Assembly (NCBI GenBank): GCA_027053075.1
Contig: JALUEE010000038.1
Location: 1 to 50,992, forward strand
DNA length: 50,992 nucleotides
Reading direction: 5' to 3'
Origin: a candidate division WOR-3 bacterium
GTDB lineage: Bacteria; Hydrothermota; Hydrothermia; B15-G9; WFZT01
Part shown: piece by piece, positions 29,667 to 38,673 of the stretch
Layout: every line of letters starts with the position of its first letter
Position numbering within the stretch: position 1 is the first letter of the stretch
Made by a program: the position numbers and the translations under genes
The notes under the pieces: model-generated
Told to the model about the DNA's origin: nothing
Database searches by the model: none
The model's input: only the letters and a program-made list of their open reading frames with translations

Positions 29667-31328
29667 CCTAAAATCCTCACTTTTTAATAACTATGTCCCG
29701 ATAGGAATGGGGATTTTAAACTTCTCAAATAAAGTCCTCTGCCTCCTGGTCACCTCTGTCAAATATCCCTTACCATTCTTTAATGTCACTACCTTCAACT
29801 TCTTCAACTCATTAAACACCTCTGAAATCGTGTAGCTCTTGTAAAGCCCCTCCTCCTTCATTACTCTGTGTACCTCAAAGTAAAGTATCAACGATAAAAA
29901 CGTAAGAAATATCCTCCCCTCCACCACTGCCCTTGAACTCACCCTTAACCTCTTTGATGAAAGTTCGTTCTTTATCACATCAAACATCTTCTCTATAACA
30001 TCCCTCCTTCGATAAAATTCAAGCACTTCCTCCCTACCAAGTTCATCCCTGTCTGTAATAAGTATTGTTTTCCCCATCCTGTTTATCAGTCGAGAAATTA
30101 CCTTTACCCTTCGCTCAAGTCGAAAATGAGGAGCTTCCCCTCTCATCTCAAATATCCTGCTCCCTCCCCTGAAATTCTGCTCAATATATTCTTTCACTCC
30201 GTCCCTGTCTTTAAACTCCCCCTCCGCCACATTCCTCTCAAGATCAACTATTCGCCTCATAAATGACTCCAATTCCTCCGCCTTTCGCCTCTCATCATGA
30301 TATATGTGGGCATATACCCTCACCCCTGAAATCTCAACCTCCCTCCTCACATGAAACATCGCCCCCTTCCTGTAGTAAAATCCGTTAACAGGAGACAGTA
30401 ACTCCCTCTGATATCTGGACACCAACTGCCTCGCTATCTTAGTGACCCACGATAATGGTATTACAAATCCAATTCCATCCTCCTTTAACTCCCTTATGTT
30501 CTTAGCACTGTAAAAACCTCGATCCAGAATAAATAAAAAATCCTTAACCCCAAGACCCTTAAGAAATACCACCAGATTCTTCAAAGTAACCACATCAGCT
30601 ATGCTCCCCGGGTAAATTCTGTAACTTATCGGTACAAATGATGGATACCCAACTACAACACCAAAGTTTACCTGTGGCAATGACTCCCCATCCCTGTTGT
30701 ATCCCCACTCAAGATATTCAATTAACTTCGAATAAGATGATAGCGAGGTTATATCAAATATGGTGGTTCTTATTGGCTTGTGCCTCTTTATCCATAGACG
30801 AAAAAACTCCTCCATCAACCCATCTCGTTTCCCGATACTCTCCATCAATCTGCTTATACTCTGTGAACTCATCACGGATTCCTCATCCACAAAACTACCC
30901 TCAGCCCATGACTTGTACAAATACAAAGCATTACCCTCTAAAACTTGATACATGCTCAAATTGAATAGCTCTTTGTATTCTTCTGGATACACTTCCTTGA
31001 GCACATCATATAAGCCTATTCGTTTACCAAGAGAGATTAAGAGATAGATATGACCGAAGTCTCTTGCATTACGAGGGGTGAAACCTTTTCTTGGGGTTAT
31101 TATTTTACCTGTTACAGGGTCTTTCTTTCCGATATACCTACGTCGTTGTCGGGGTTGTTTTTTGATAGGGTCCCAGTAGCTTTCAACTTCATAGACATAG
31201 ACATTATTTCCAATTTTTTGTTCTACTTTGTATGACATAGTATTAATAATAACTATGAAAGACACATTTGTCAATCCCATAACAAAAGGCTTTCCTAAAC
31301 ATAGTTATTAAATTGAAGGGACTTTAGG
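29667..31328 (-). mobile_element. IS1634-family insertion sequence (1662 bp)
   Basis: Imperfect TIRs CCTAAAATCC / GGACTTTAGG, flanked by direct repeat CTTATAA (29660-29666, 31329-31335); encloses a single transposase ORF. Confidence 0.88.
29691..31238 (-). CDS. IS1634-family DDE transposase
   Basis: YVYEVESYWDP..KQPRQ.R.YIGK N-terminus; DDE residues in FDITS, DRGF and IEKMF; GYNRD...LPQ.N motif. Confidence 0.9.
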   Translation of the reverse strand: MSYKVEQKIGNNVYVYEVESYWDPIKKQPRQRRRYIGKKDPVTGKIITPRKGFTPRNARDFGHIYLLISLGKRIGLYDVLKEVYPEEYKELFNLSMYQVLEGNALYLYKSWAEGSFVDEESVMSSQSISRLMESIGKRDGLMEEFFRLWIKRHKPIRTTIFDITSLSSYSKLIEYLEWGYNRDGESLPQVNFGVVVGYPSFVPISYRIYPGSIADVVTLKNLVVFLKGLGVKDFLFILDRGFYSAKNIRELKEDGIGFVIPLSWVTKIARQLVSRYQRELLSPVNGFYYRKGAMFHVRREVEISGVRVYAHIYHDERRKAEELESFMRRIVDLERNVAEGEFKDRDGVKEYIEQNFRGGSRIFEMRGEAPHFRLERRVKVISRLINRMGKTILITDRDELGREEVLEFYRRRDVIEKMFDVIKNELSSKRLRVSSRAVVEGRIFLTFLSLILYFEVHRVMKEEGLYKSYTISEVFNELKKLKVVTLKNGKGYLTEVTRRQRTLFEKFKIPIPIGT

Positions 31329-31441
31329 CTTATAAGTCGCCTCACCAAAAATGTGAAATGATTTTCTAACCTTTTGCCACTAATTCCGCAATTTGGGTAA
31401 GTATTTTTGAAATTGGAATGGGGAACGCATCCTGAACTTCA

Positions 31442-31470
31442 GAGGCCCACGCACGGAGTGCGTGGGCCTC
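31442..31470 (-). terminator. Perfect hairpin downstream of folK (end of the long minus-strand run)
   Basis: GAGGCCCACGCAC-GGA-GTGCGTGGGCCTC. Confidence 0.55.
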
Positions 31471-31550
31471 ATAATGATTTTACTTCTCAAGATAACTTGC
31501 CCCTACAATGATCTATCTCACGGCACGACTTCAGCCAATACACAGGCGAA

Positions 31551-32036
31551 TTAATCTACCTTTTTGATCTTACCTTTGCATTCAAGCTTGTCGAGGAGTA
31601 GGGAAATTGGGATTTGTAGGCGTGGATGGTAGAGGTCGCAGTTGAGTTCGCAAAGGGGGATTAGGACGAAGCAGCGCTTGGGAAGGTCCTTGTGGGGAAT
31701 AGTGAGTAGCTTTGAATCAAGCACAATTTTATCATAGAATAGGATATCGATATCGATTACCCTCGGGCCCCATCGGTAAGTCTTTACCCGTCCAAGTTCT
31801 TTTTCTATATCCTTTACAACTCCCAACAGCTTCAGAGGCCCAAAAGAAGTTTCTACCAGGGCCACTGAGTTTAAAAAATTCGGCTGGTCTTTCACTCCGT
31901 AAGGGATAGATTCGTAAAATGAAGATTTCTTTAAAATAGAGATTCCTCTACGCTCCAAAAGCTCATAGGCGTTTAAGATATTTTTTTTCCTGTCCCCTAA
32001 ATTTGACCCGAAACCGAGATAGACCAGATTTTTCAA
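31551..32036 (-). CDS. folK: 2-amino-4-hydroxy-6-hydroxymethyldihydropteridine diphosphokinase
   Basis: YLGFGSNLGDR, DQPNFLN, RWGPRVIDIDIL, LTIPH and FVLIPL motifs. Confidence 0.95.
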   Translation of the reverse strand: MKNLVYLGFGSNLGDRKKNILNAYELLERRGISILKKSSFYESIPYGVKDQPNFLNSVALVETSFGPLKLLGVVKDIEKELGRVKTYRWGPRVIDIDILFYDKIVLDSKLLTIPHKDLPKRCFVLIPLCELNCDLYHPRLQIPISLLLDKLECKGKIKKVD

Positions 32037-33308
32037 TCAGGAAACTGCGGCTGGTTTCTTTAACAATTTTTCAAAGTCTTCTCTATACTTTCTGGCGAAG
32101 GTCGCCACTACAGAGGCGGCAGAGTCACCGAGCGGGCAGAAGGTCTTCCCCTTTATGGCCTGTGTAACCTCTAATAGCAAGTTGTAGTCCTCCTCGGTTC
32201 CCTCACCACTCTCGATCTTCCTGACCAAATATACAAGCCAGGGTGTGCCCTCACGGCATGGAGTACACTTGCCGCAGGACTCCTCAGCGTAAAATTCAGC
32301 CGCACGCCTTGCATAAGTAACAGCACTAAAGGTTTTATCAAGCACAATTACACCACCTGAGCCAAGCATGGAGCCCTTCGAGGCTATCGACTCGTAATCA
32401 AGTGGAACATCGAGTTCCTCTGGAGTAAGAACCGGAGCAGAGATTCCACCCGGGATAACTCCAAGAAGTTCATGCCCTTCTTTCATGCCACCACAGACAT
32501 CAAAAACCAGTTGCTTGAGCGTCATGGAGCCAAGAGGTATTTCATAAACTCCGGGTCTTTTAACTGCGCCGGAGCAGGAGAAGAGTTTTGTCCCAGGGCT
32601 CTTCTCCGTCCCAAACTGTCTGTACCATGTGGGACCGTGGAGCACAATAAATGGCACGTTGGAAAGTGTCTCCACGTTGTTTACCACGGTGGGACATGAA
32701 TAAAGTCCATGAGTTGCAGGGAAAGGTGGTCTTTTCCTCGGATGACCGCGCTTCCCTTCAAGAGATTCAAGTAGTGCCGTTTCTTCACCACAGATGTAGG
32801 CTCCGGCACCGATGTAGAGATAAACTTCAAGATCAAAGCCCGAGTCAAGGATATTTTTCCCGATATATCCGGCCTTTCGTGCCTCATCGATGGCAGTAAG
32901 AAGCCTTTTCTTTGCAAGTGGATACTCCTTTCTCAAATAAATGTAAGCCTCGTGGGCACCGATGGCATAGGCAGCAAGGATTATTCCCTCTATAAGCATG
33001 TGAGGTTCTTCCTCAAGAATCACCCTGTCTTTGAAGGTTCCGGGCTCACCTTCATCGGCGTTGACAACAACGTATTTGGGCTTGTCCGTATCTTTGGGGA
33101 CGAAGCTCCATTTGACACCGGTAGGGAATCCAGCTCCTCCCCTACCCCTCAAGCCGGAGGATTTTACCATTTCAATGATGTCATCGGGGGAATAGGAAGA
33201 GAGTGCTTTTTTAAGAGCTTTGTAACCTCCACCCTTCTCGTAGGTTTTAATTGACCAGGATTCAGGCTTTCCTATGTCTCTTAAAAGGATTCTCTCAAAC
33301 TCAGCCAC
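32037..33308 (-). CDS. nuoF: NADH-quinone oxidoreductase subunit F (51 kDa flavoprotein)
   Basis: SGLRGRGGAGFPTG.KW, NADEGEPGTFKDR, GAGAYICGEETAL, ESCGKCTPCREG and TFCPLG motifs. Confidence 0.92.
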   Translation of the reverse strand: MAEFERILLRDIGKPESWSIKTYEKGGGYKALKKALSSYSPDDIIEMVKSSGLRGRGGAGFPTGVKWSFVPKDTDKPKYVVVNADEGEPGTFKDRVILEEEPHMLIEGIILAAYAIGAHEAYIYLRKEYPLAKKRLLTAIDEARKAGYIGKNILDSGFDLEVYLYIGAGAYICGEETALLESLEGKRGHPRKRPPFPATHGLYSCPTVVNNVETLSNVPFIVLHGPTWYRQFGTEKSPGTKLFSCSGAVKRPGVYEIPLGSMTLKQLVFDVCGGMKEGHELLGVIPGGISAPVLTPEELDVPLDYESIASKGSMLGSGGVIVLDKTFSAVTYARRAAEFYAEESCGKCTPCREGTPWLVYLVRKIESGEGTEEDYNLLLEVTQAIKGKTFCPLGDSAASVVATFARKYREDFEKLLKKPAAVS

Positions 33309-33558
33309 TTGTTTCCTCCCGTGGTCTGGGTTTTATATAAAGTCCAATTGGGATCAGCAGTACATACCCAAGGGTTAATGAAATCACAGAAATGACCGTA
33401 TCTCCGATGTAAAGAAAGATAAAGCCAATCAAGATAAGTAGCAAACCAATGGCCATAAACCAGTAATTTAACTTTCCAAGATAAAGCCCCTTAAAGACAG
33501 GCTCTGGTCTTGCCTTTTTCTCTTTACGGCTTCTCTTCCGGGGTCTTGAAGTAGCCAT
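33301..33558 (-). CDS. Small two-TM membrane protein (DUF3098-like)
   Basis: Basic N-terminus, then NY...IGLLLILIGFIFL and a second TM ending GYVLLIPIGL; overlaps both neighbours. Confidence 0.65.
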   Translation of the reverse strand: MATSRPRKRSRKEKKARPEPVFKGLYLGKLNYWFMAIGLLLILIGFIFLYIGDTVISVISLTLGYVLLIPIGLYIKPRPREETSG

Positions 33559-34606
33559 AATCTTCCTCCCTCAATTTCTGAATTTTCCCAAACTTTACAA
33601 GGTAAAAAGTTATAAACCCTTCTTTACGACCAAACAAGATATCGCCCGTCAATCCGTGGTAAATCCCGAATGAACTTAACGAGCTAAATGCAGTTTCAGG
33701 CGATTCAAGCGCCTTTTTTTGATAAAGAGCCTTTAAAATCTTGCCCGTGTCGTAACCAAGCATATTATAAAGCGAAGGCGGATGCCCGAAAATATCGTTG
33801 AACGCCTCTTCAAATCTCCTGAGCGATGACTCTCTTTGAATTTCAATCCTGTAGTCTATGGGCAGAGAGGCAATCAGCACCTTATCAAGTGTGCCAAGCC
33901 CCCTGTTTATCGCCCTCTTTGACCACCCATCAAGCCCCATAATTGGGGTAAAATTTGTCGAAGCCCTTATCTGGCCAGCGAGGATGTATGAACCCTCATC
34001 ACACACAGGGATAAAGATGGCCTCTACGTTTAGTCCATTTAAATAATCCACGATATCGCTAAAGTCTGTACCCGAAGAATCATAAAATATATTTGCTACT
34101 ATGTTCGCACCAAACATGGTGGCAAATTTATTGGCCTCTTCTTTCAGTGAATACCCAAAGCTTGTACGAGGGAAAACAAAGGCAAAGTTGTAATATCCAA
34201 GAACATTGATGGTAAACCTGATCTCTTCTTTCATCTCCAGATAGTATTTCTCAAGGAAGGAAAAATAATAATCGTATTCATCTATCAAAGTGAGATCGCG
34301 TGCGAGAGGTGAAATCACCGGTATCCCCTCATCCTCAACTACCCTCAAAAGGGACCTCATATTAAGCGATGAAAGTGGGCCAATGATCAGTGAGGTATTC
34401 GAATCGATGATTTTTGAAGCAGATTCGTATACCTTCCCCGGGTTGTTTTTTGTATCCCAGAGATGAATTTCAACGCTGGTCCTCCCAAGTCCCATCTTCA
34501 TTCCATCAAAAAAATCGTGCCCTATGGGCCCAAGGGTTCCAGACATGGGAAGCATTACGTCAATTCTGTAAACTGAAAGTATCAGGAAAAGTAAAAGGGA
34601 CTGCAT
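33524..34606 (-). CDS. Periplasmic binding protein type 1 (LppC/LpoA or LivJ-like)
   Basis: MLPMSG, IIGPLSS, PVISP, YG, LGYD and YHGLTG.I.F pattern; N-terminal signal. Confidence 0.72.
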   Translation of the reverse strand: MQSLLLFLILSVYRIDVMLPMSGTLGPIGHDFFDGMKMGLGRTSVEIHLWDTKNNPGKVYESASKIIDSNTSLIIGPLSSLNMRSLLRVVEDEGIPVISPLARDLTLIDEYDYYFSFLEKYYLEMKEEIRFTINVLGYYNFAFVFPRTSFGYSLKEEANKFATMFGANIVANIFYDSSGTDFSDIVDYLNGLNVEAIFIPVCDEGSYILAGQIRASTNFTPIMGLDGWSKRAINRGLGTLDKVLIASLPIDYRIEIQRESSLRRFEEAFNDIFGHPPSLYNMLGYDTGKILKALYQKKALESPETAFSSLSSFGIYHGLTGDILFGRKEGFITFYLVKFGKIQKLREEDYGYFKTPEEKP

Positions 34607-35142
34607 TATCCGTCAACTTCCAGGGAAGGGCCCCTTGTGTCCTTATATTTTCCCAGAATGGTTTCCCTTATTTTCTCGGCAACAGGTGGTGGAACAAGTC
34701 CATCAACATCCTTTCCAAGAAAGGCGATTTCCTTGACAAGGCTTGAGGCAAGGTACGCGTACTCTTCTGAAGGAATCAGAAATATGGTCTCAATCTGCGG
34801 GTACATTCTTCTATTCATCCAGGCCATTTTAAATTCATATTCGAAGTCGGATACGGCTCTCAAACCTCTGATGATCGCGCGTGCCCCTACCTTCTGAGCA
34901 AAATCAACCAGCAAGCCAGTGAATCCCTGCACCTCAACATTGGGAATCCCTACGACAGACTCTCTAACGAGTCTGATTCTTTCATCAAGGTCAAACATGG
35001 TTTTTTTGTGCAGAGGGTCAGCGACGGCGACAATTAATTTTGGGAATAAATCCGACGCCCTGCGAATAATGTCGAGGTGCCCCATGGTTATCGGGTCAAA
35101 GCTACCCGGGAATATGGCTGTAAAATACGATTTTTGAGTCAC
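34606..35142 (-). CDS. coaD: Phosphopantetheine adenylyltransferase
   Basis: PGSFDPITMGHLDII, RGLRAVSDFEYE and SSLVKEIA motifs. Confidence 0.96.
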   Translation of the reverse strand: MTQKSYFTAIFPGSFDPITMGHLDIIRRASDLFPKLIVAVADPLHKKTMFDLDERIRLVRESVVGIPNVEVQGFTGLLVDFAQKVGARAIIRGLRAVSDFEYEFKMAWMNRRMYPQIETIFLIPSEEYAYLASSLVKEIAFLGKDVDGLVPPPVAEKIRETILGKYKDTRGPSLEVDG

Positions 35143-35656
35143 CTAATGTCACCTCCTTATCTATTTTTAACCCTCTAATCGCGGGTGTGGGTGTCTTTTT
35201 CCTGATCTCCAGGACAAATATACCTTCATTTTCGAGGATGAGGTGAATACCTTCAAGAATTTTATCAAGTCTTGTCAGTGAATACGGTGGGTCTGCAAAG
35301 ATGAAATCAAACTGCCTTTCCTGGGTCACAAAGTCTTTTATAACCCTTGCCACAGACTTTTTTATGACTACGATTCGCTCGTTGTATCCGAGTTTTTCCG
35401 CATTTTGCTTTATGGTTTGAATGGACTTCCATGAGCTATCTACGAAAAAAACCGATTCGGCGCCCCTTGAGAGAGCCTCAAAACCCACAGCACCACTCCC
35501 CGCAAATAGTTCAAGCACCTTTTTACCGATGATCCAGGAAGATAGCCTATCAAAAAGCGACCTTTTTAGGAGGGATTGGGTAGGTCTTATCCCGGAGGGA
35601 ACACGGATTTTCGTCCCCTTTTTCTCTCCACCCTGAATCTCTATTCCTGGTTTCAT
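35102..35656 (-). CDS. rsmD: 16S rRNA m2G966 methyltransferase
   Basis: IRPT, LELFAGSGAVGFEALSRGA and FADPPY motifs; usual neighbour of coaD. Confidence 0.92.
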   Translation of the reverse strand: MKPGIEIQGGEKKGTKIRVPSGIRPTQSLLKRSLFDRLSSWIIGKKVLELFAGSGAVGFEALSRGAESVFFVDSSWKSIQTIKQNAEKLGYNERIVVIKKSVARVIKDFVTQERQFDFIFADPPYSLTRLDKILEGIHLILENEGIFVLEIRKKTPTPAIRGLKIDKEVTLGDSKIVFYSHIPG

Positions 35657-36444
35657 TTAGCCTGATGGACCACAATTTGTGGGAAGGGAATGGTTATGCC
35701 GTTCTTATCAAGCTCGTCCTTTATGCCGTGCACAAGGGCATCCTTTGCCTTTAAGAAATCGGTTCTCCTTGTCCATACCCACACCTTTAGATTTACCGAT
35801 GAATCTGCAAGCTCTTGTACCATTACCATAGGGTCTGGCTCTGCGAGGAAAAGTGGTGACTCCTTTATAAAGTTGAGAATCACTTCCTTTGCCTTTTGAA
35901 TATCATCGTCGTAGGAAATACCAACGATTACCTCTATTCGCCTGATCTCGAACTTAGCAAAATTCTTGATGTTTGCCTTTAAAACCGTCTCATTTGGAAT
36001 CCTGATAAAAATATTGTCAAATGTCCTGAGTTTGGTGGAAAGGAGATCAATTGATAGGACCACACCTGTTGTCCCTCCGATGTCAACGGCATCGCCAATC
36101 TGGAAGGGAGCATCTATCAGCAAGAATATTCCGGAAATCAGATTTGATATTGATGTTTGTGCTGCAAAACCGACTGCTACAGAAAAGAGTCCAAGGGCTG
36201 CAATCAAAGAGGCTATATTCACTCCCAGTGCGTTCAGTGTCAGGATTATGGCAACTGTATAAATGCTATAGGTGAGTATTTTATCAACAAGCTGATATAC
36301 GTGCTCGCCCTTTGATTCTTTGAGGCCACCAATAATCCTGTCTTTTACAAACTTGATGAAAAGGATAGAAACTAACCAGATCAGAACAAGGTACAGGACA
36401 ACTTTGAAGTCGGTTATAAGCTTTGAAAGATGAATCTTATCCAT
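35653..36444 (-). CDS. mscS: Small-conductance mechanosensitive channel family protein
   Basis: Three TMs; VGFAAQ..ISNLISG, PFQIGD, IPN, VGISY..D and I.IPFPQ motifs. Confidence 0.92.
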   Translation of the reverse strand: MDKIHLSKLITDFKVVLYLVLIWLVSILFIKFVKDRIIGGLKESKGEHVYQLVDKILTYSIYTVAIILTLNALGVNIASLIAALGLFSVAVGFAAQTSISNLISGIFLLIDAPFQIGDAVDIGGTTGVVLSIDLLSTKLRTFDNIFIRIPNETVLKANIKNFAKFEIRRIEVIVGISYDDDIQKAKEVILNFIKESPLFLAEPDPMVMVQELADSSVNLKVWVWTRRTDFLKAKDALVHGIKDELDKNGITIPFPQIVVHQAK

Positions 36445-37153
36445 AGTTGAAAAATCTGGGCCGCAGTTTGCCCATGTTCCTCTTAATCAATCTCATCAAC
36501 CCTTTGCTTCTCACGTTTACCTCACCTTTTCTGATTTCCTTTGCACCCCTGACAGGCGGCTCATCCGTATAGTTGACGATTACCTCATTGTTTTCAATAA
36601 CAACATCTACCCTCTCCGAAATCCACACACCATCAACATCGTATATGCTCAACTGGTAGGAGTCAATTAATATTTTCTCAAGTTTCCTTTCAGCAGCATC
36701 TCTATTGATGATATCAAGTGGTACGAAGACCTGTGAATCCGATCGCTCCTCTTTTACTGGCTCGCCAAAAACGGAACTTTCGTAAAAATAATATATCCCA
36801 CCGTCGTGCAATTCACCGAACCAGGCCGCTTTTACATTCTCAGGTGTTATTTTCTCAATCAAAATCTCACTATCTCCTTTCCTTGCGACAATATCAACCT
36901 CTATAGGCAATACGACATAGACCCTTCTCTTACTCTTGCCGGCGATAAACACCGGGACATCAAATTTCAAAAGTACTGAGTTGTCAAGATAAGATGGAGA
37001 TAGGAAAAACTCATATCCCTCAAGGTCAAAAATCAGGTACTTTGATCGTATTTCTTCCCCATCTTTTTTAACAACAATTTTGTAAACACCCCCTCCTACC
37101 TTAAAAATCTCAACTTTGTGCCCATTTATTTCGAGCTCTTTTACCCTCTCCAT
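36437..37153 (-). CDS. DUF432-like protein
   Basis: PVFI.......YV.LPIEV and K.A.FG....G.I pattern as recalled for DUF432; adjacent to mscS; start moved to the ATG right after the degP stop. Confidence 0.55.
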   Translation of the reverse strand: MERVKELEINGHKVEIFKVGGGVYKIVVKKDGEEIRSKYLIFDLEGYEFFLSPSYLDNSVLLKFDVPVFIAGKSKRRVYVVLPIEVDIVARKGDSEILIEKITPENVKAAWFGELHDGGIYYFYESSVFGEPVKEERSDSQVFVPLDIINRDAAERKLEKILIDSYQLSIYDVDGVWISERVDVVIENNEVIVNYTDEPPVRGAKEIRKGEVNVRSKGLMRLIKRNMGKLRPRFFNYG

Positions 37154-37154
37154 A

Positions 37155-38660
37155 TTATTTTGGCGTGATGGCAATAAACCTCGGTATTCCGCGTCTCGAA
37201 AGCTTCATTATAATGGGCTTTTTCGAATCCTTATAAACATCTTTGGCCTTTGCAAAATCAGAAAGACCGTTGATCTCAATCTTTCCGACCTTAAGGATTA
37301 CATCACCCACCTGAATCCCCGCGTCAGATGCCTTTCCGGATGGGTCGACAGTGATAACCACAACACCTTTATCGGCCTTAATTCCGAGTTTTTTAGCATC
37401 ATCTGATTTAACGTCAACTACAGTCATCCCAAGCCAGCTAACTTTACCCTGCTCAACCTCGGTCTCTCCGCCACCACCGAGCTGAGCCAGCATCTGCTCA
37501 GGGTACTTGGCGAGTTTCGCATGGAGAGTGCGCTTTTTTCCATCCTCACCGATGACCTTGATTTCAACCTCTGTCCCAGGGGGCGTCTCGGCAACCATGA
37601 GCCTGAAACTTTCAACATCCGTTACCTTCTTTCCATTGAACTCAACGATTACATCACCTTCTTTAAGTCCAGCCTTATCTGCAGGTGTATCTTTCTCAAC
37701 CTTTGCCACGAGAACACCTTCTGGCTTTTTCAAACCATAAGCTTTGGCAAGCTCGGGAGTGAGTGGCTGAGGCAGGATTCCGAGGTAACCCCTCTCAATT
37801 TTTCCTGTTTTAATGAGTTGCTCAGCAATGTGCTTTGCAAGATTTATAGGAATGGCAAATCCAATGCCCACAAATCCACCAGATGGGGATGTAATGGCTG
37901 CATTGACACCTATGACCTCACCGCGAATATTCACAAGAGGACCACCCGAGTTTCCGGGATTAATTGCAGCGTCCGTCTGTATGAAGTTCTGATAAACTGG
38001 CCCCTGCGGTATGTTTAGTCCACTTCTACCTTTAGCGGAAATAACACCAACGGTTACGGTCCTGTCAAATCCAAATGGGTTTCCCACAGCAATTGCCCAG
38101 TCACCAACTTTTATTTTGTCGGAATCACCAAGCTTTGCTACAGGAAGGTCCTCTCCGGGTGCCTTAATTTTAACAACGGCAATGTCGGTAAGCGGGTCTC
38201 TTCCTACAACCTTCACATCATCACCAGTTATGACTGTTTTATCGGAAAGTTTGACGATGATCTTGTCGGCATTTCTGACCACGTGGTTGTTTGTCATAAT
38301 GTAGTAGTAATCACCGTCTTTCTTGAAGATGAAACCCGAGCCAAGGCTTCTTTCTTTCTCTGGGATGGGCGGATGGAACTGCTCGAAGAATTTCTTGAAG
38401 AATTCATCAAACGGACCTTCACCAAACTGAAATCCCTCGGCCGGATTTTTGATAATTCTCTCAGTGGAGATATTTACCACGGTAGGCATTATCTCCTGCG
38501 CCACTTTGACAAAAGGAGATTCGCCGTTTTCATCCACGATTCCAGGCTGTGCCTTTGCCTCCTGAGCAAAGTGGAGTTTACTCGTCAGGGTAACACCTGA
38601 GAATATGCCCAGGGCAAAGACGAGTACGATTATGAGTAAATTTCTTATTTTTCTCTGCAT
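37155..38660 (-). CDS. degP: HtrA/DegP-family periplasmic serine protease with two PDZ domains
   Basis: SLGSGF, TNNHVV, TDIAV, IQTDAAINPGNSGGPL and two PDZ domains. Confidence 0.92.
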   Translation of the reverse strand: MQRKIRNLLIIVLVFALGIFSGVTLTSKLHFAQEAKAQPGIVDENGESPFVKVAQEIMPTVVNISTERIIKNPAEGFQFGEGPFDEFFKKFFEQFHPPIPEKERSLGSGFIFKKDGDYYYIMTNNHVVRNADKIIVKLSDKTVITGDDVKVVGRDPLTDIAVVKIKAPGEDLPVAKLGDSDKIKVGDWAIAVGNPFGFDRTVTVGVISAKGRSGLNIPQGPVYQNFIQTDAAINPGNSGGPLVNIRGEVIGVNAAITSPSGGFVGIGFAIPINLAKHIAEQLIKTGKIERGYLGILPQPLTPELAKAYGLKKPEGVLVAKVEKDTPADKAGLKEGDVIVEFNGKKVTDVESFRLMVAETPPGTEVEIKVIGEDGKKRTLHAKLAKYPEQMLAQLGGGGETEVEQGKVSWLGMTVVDVKSDDAKKLGIKADKGVVVITVDPSGKASDAGIQVGDVILKVGKIEINGLSDFAKAKDVYKDSKKPIIMKLSRRGIPRFIAITPK

Positions 38661-38673
38661 TGCTTACACCTCC

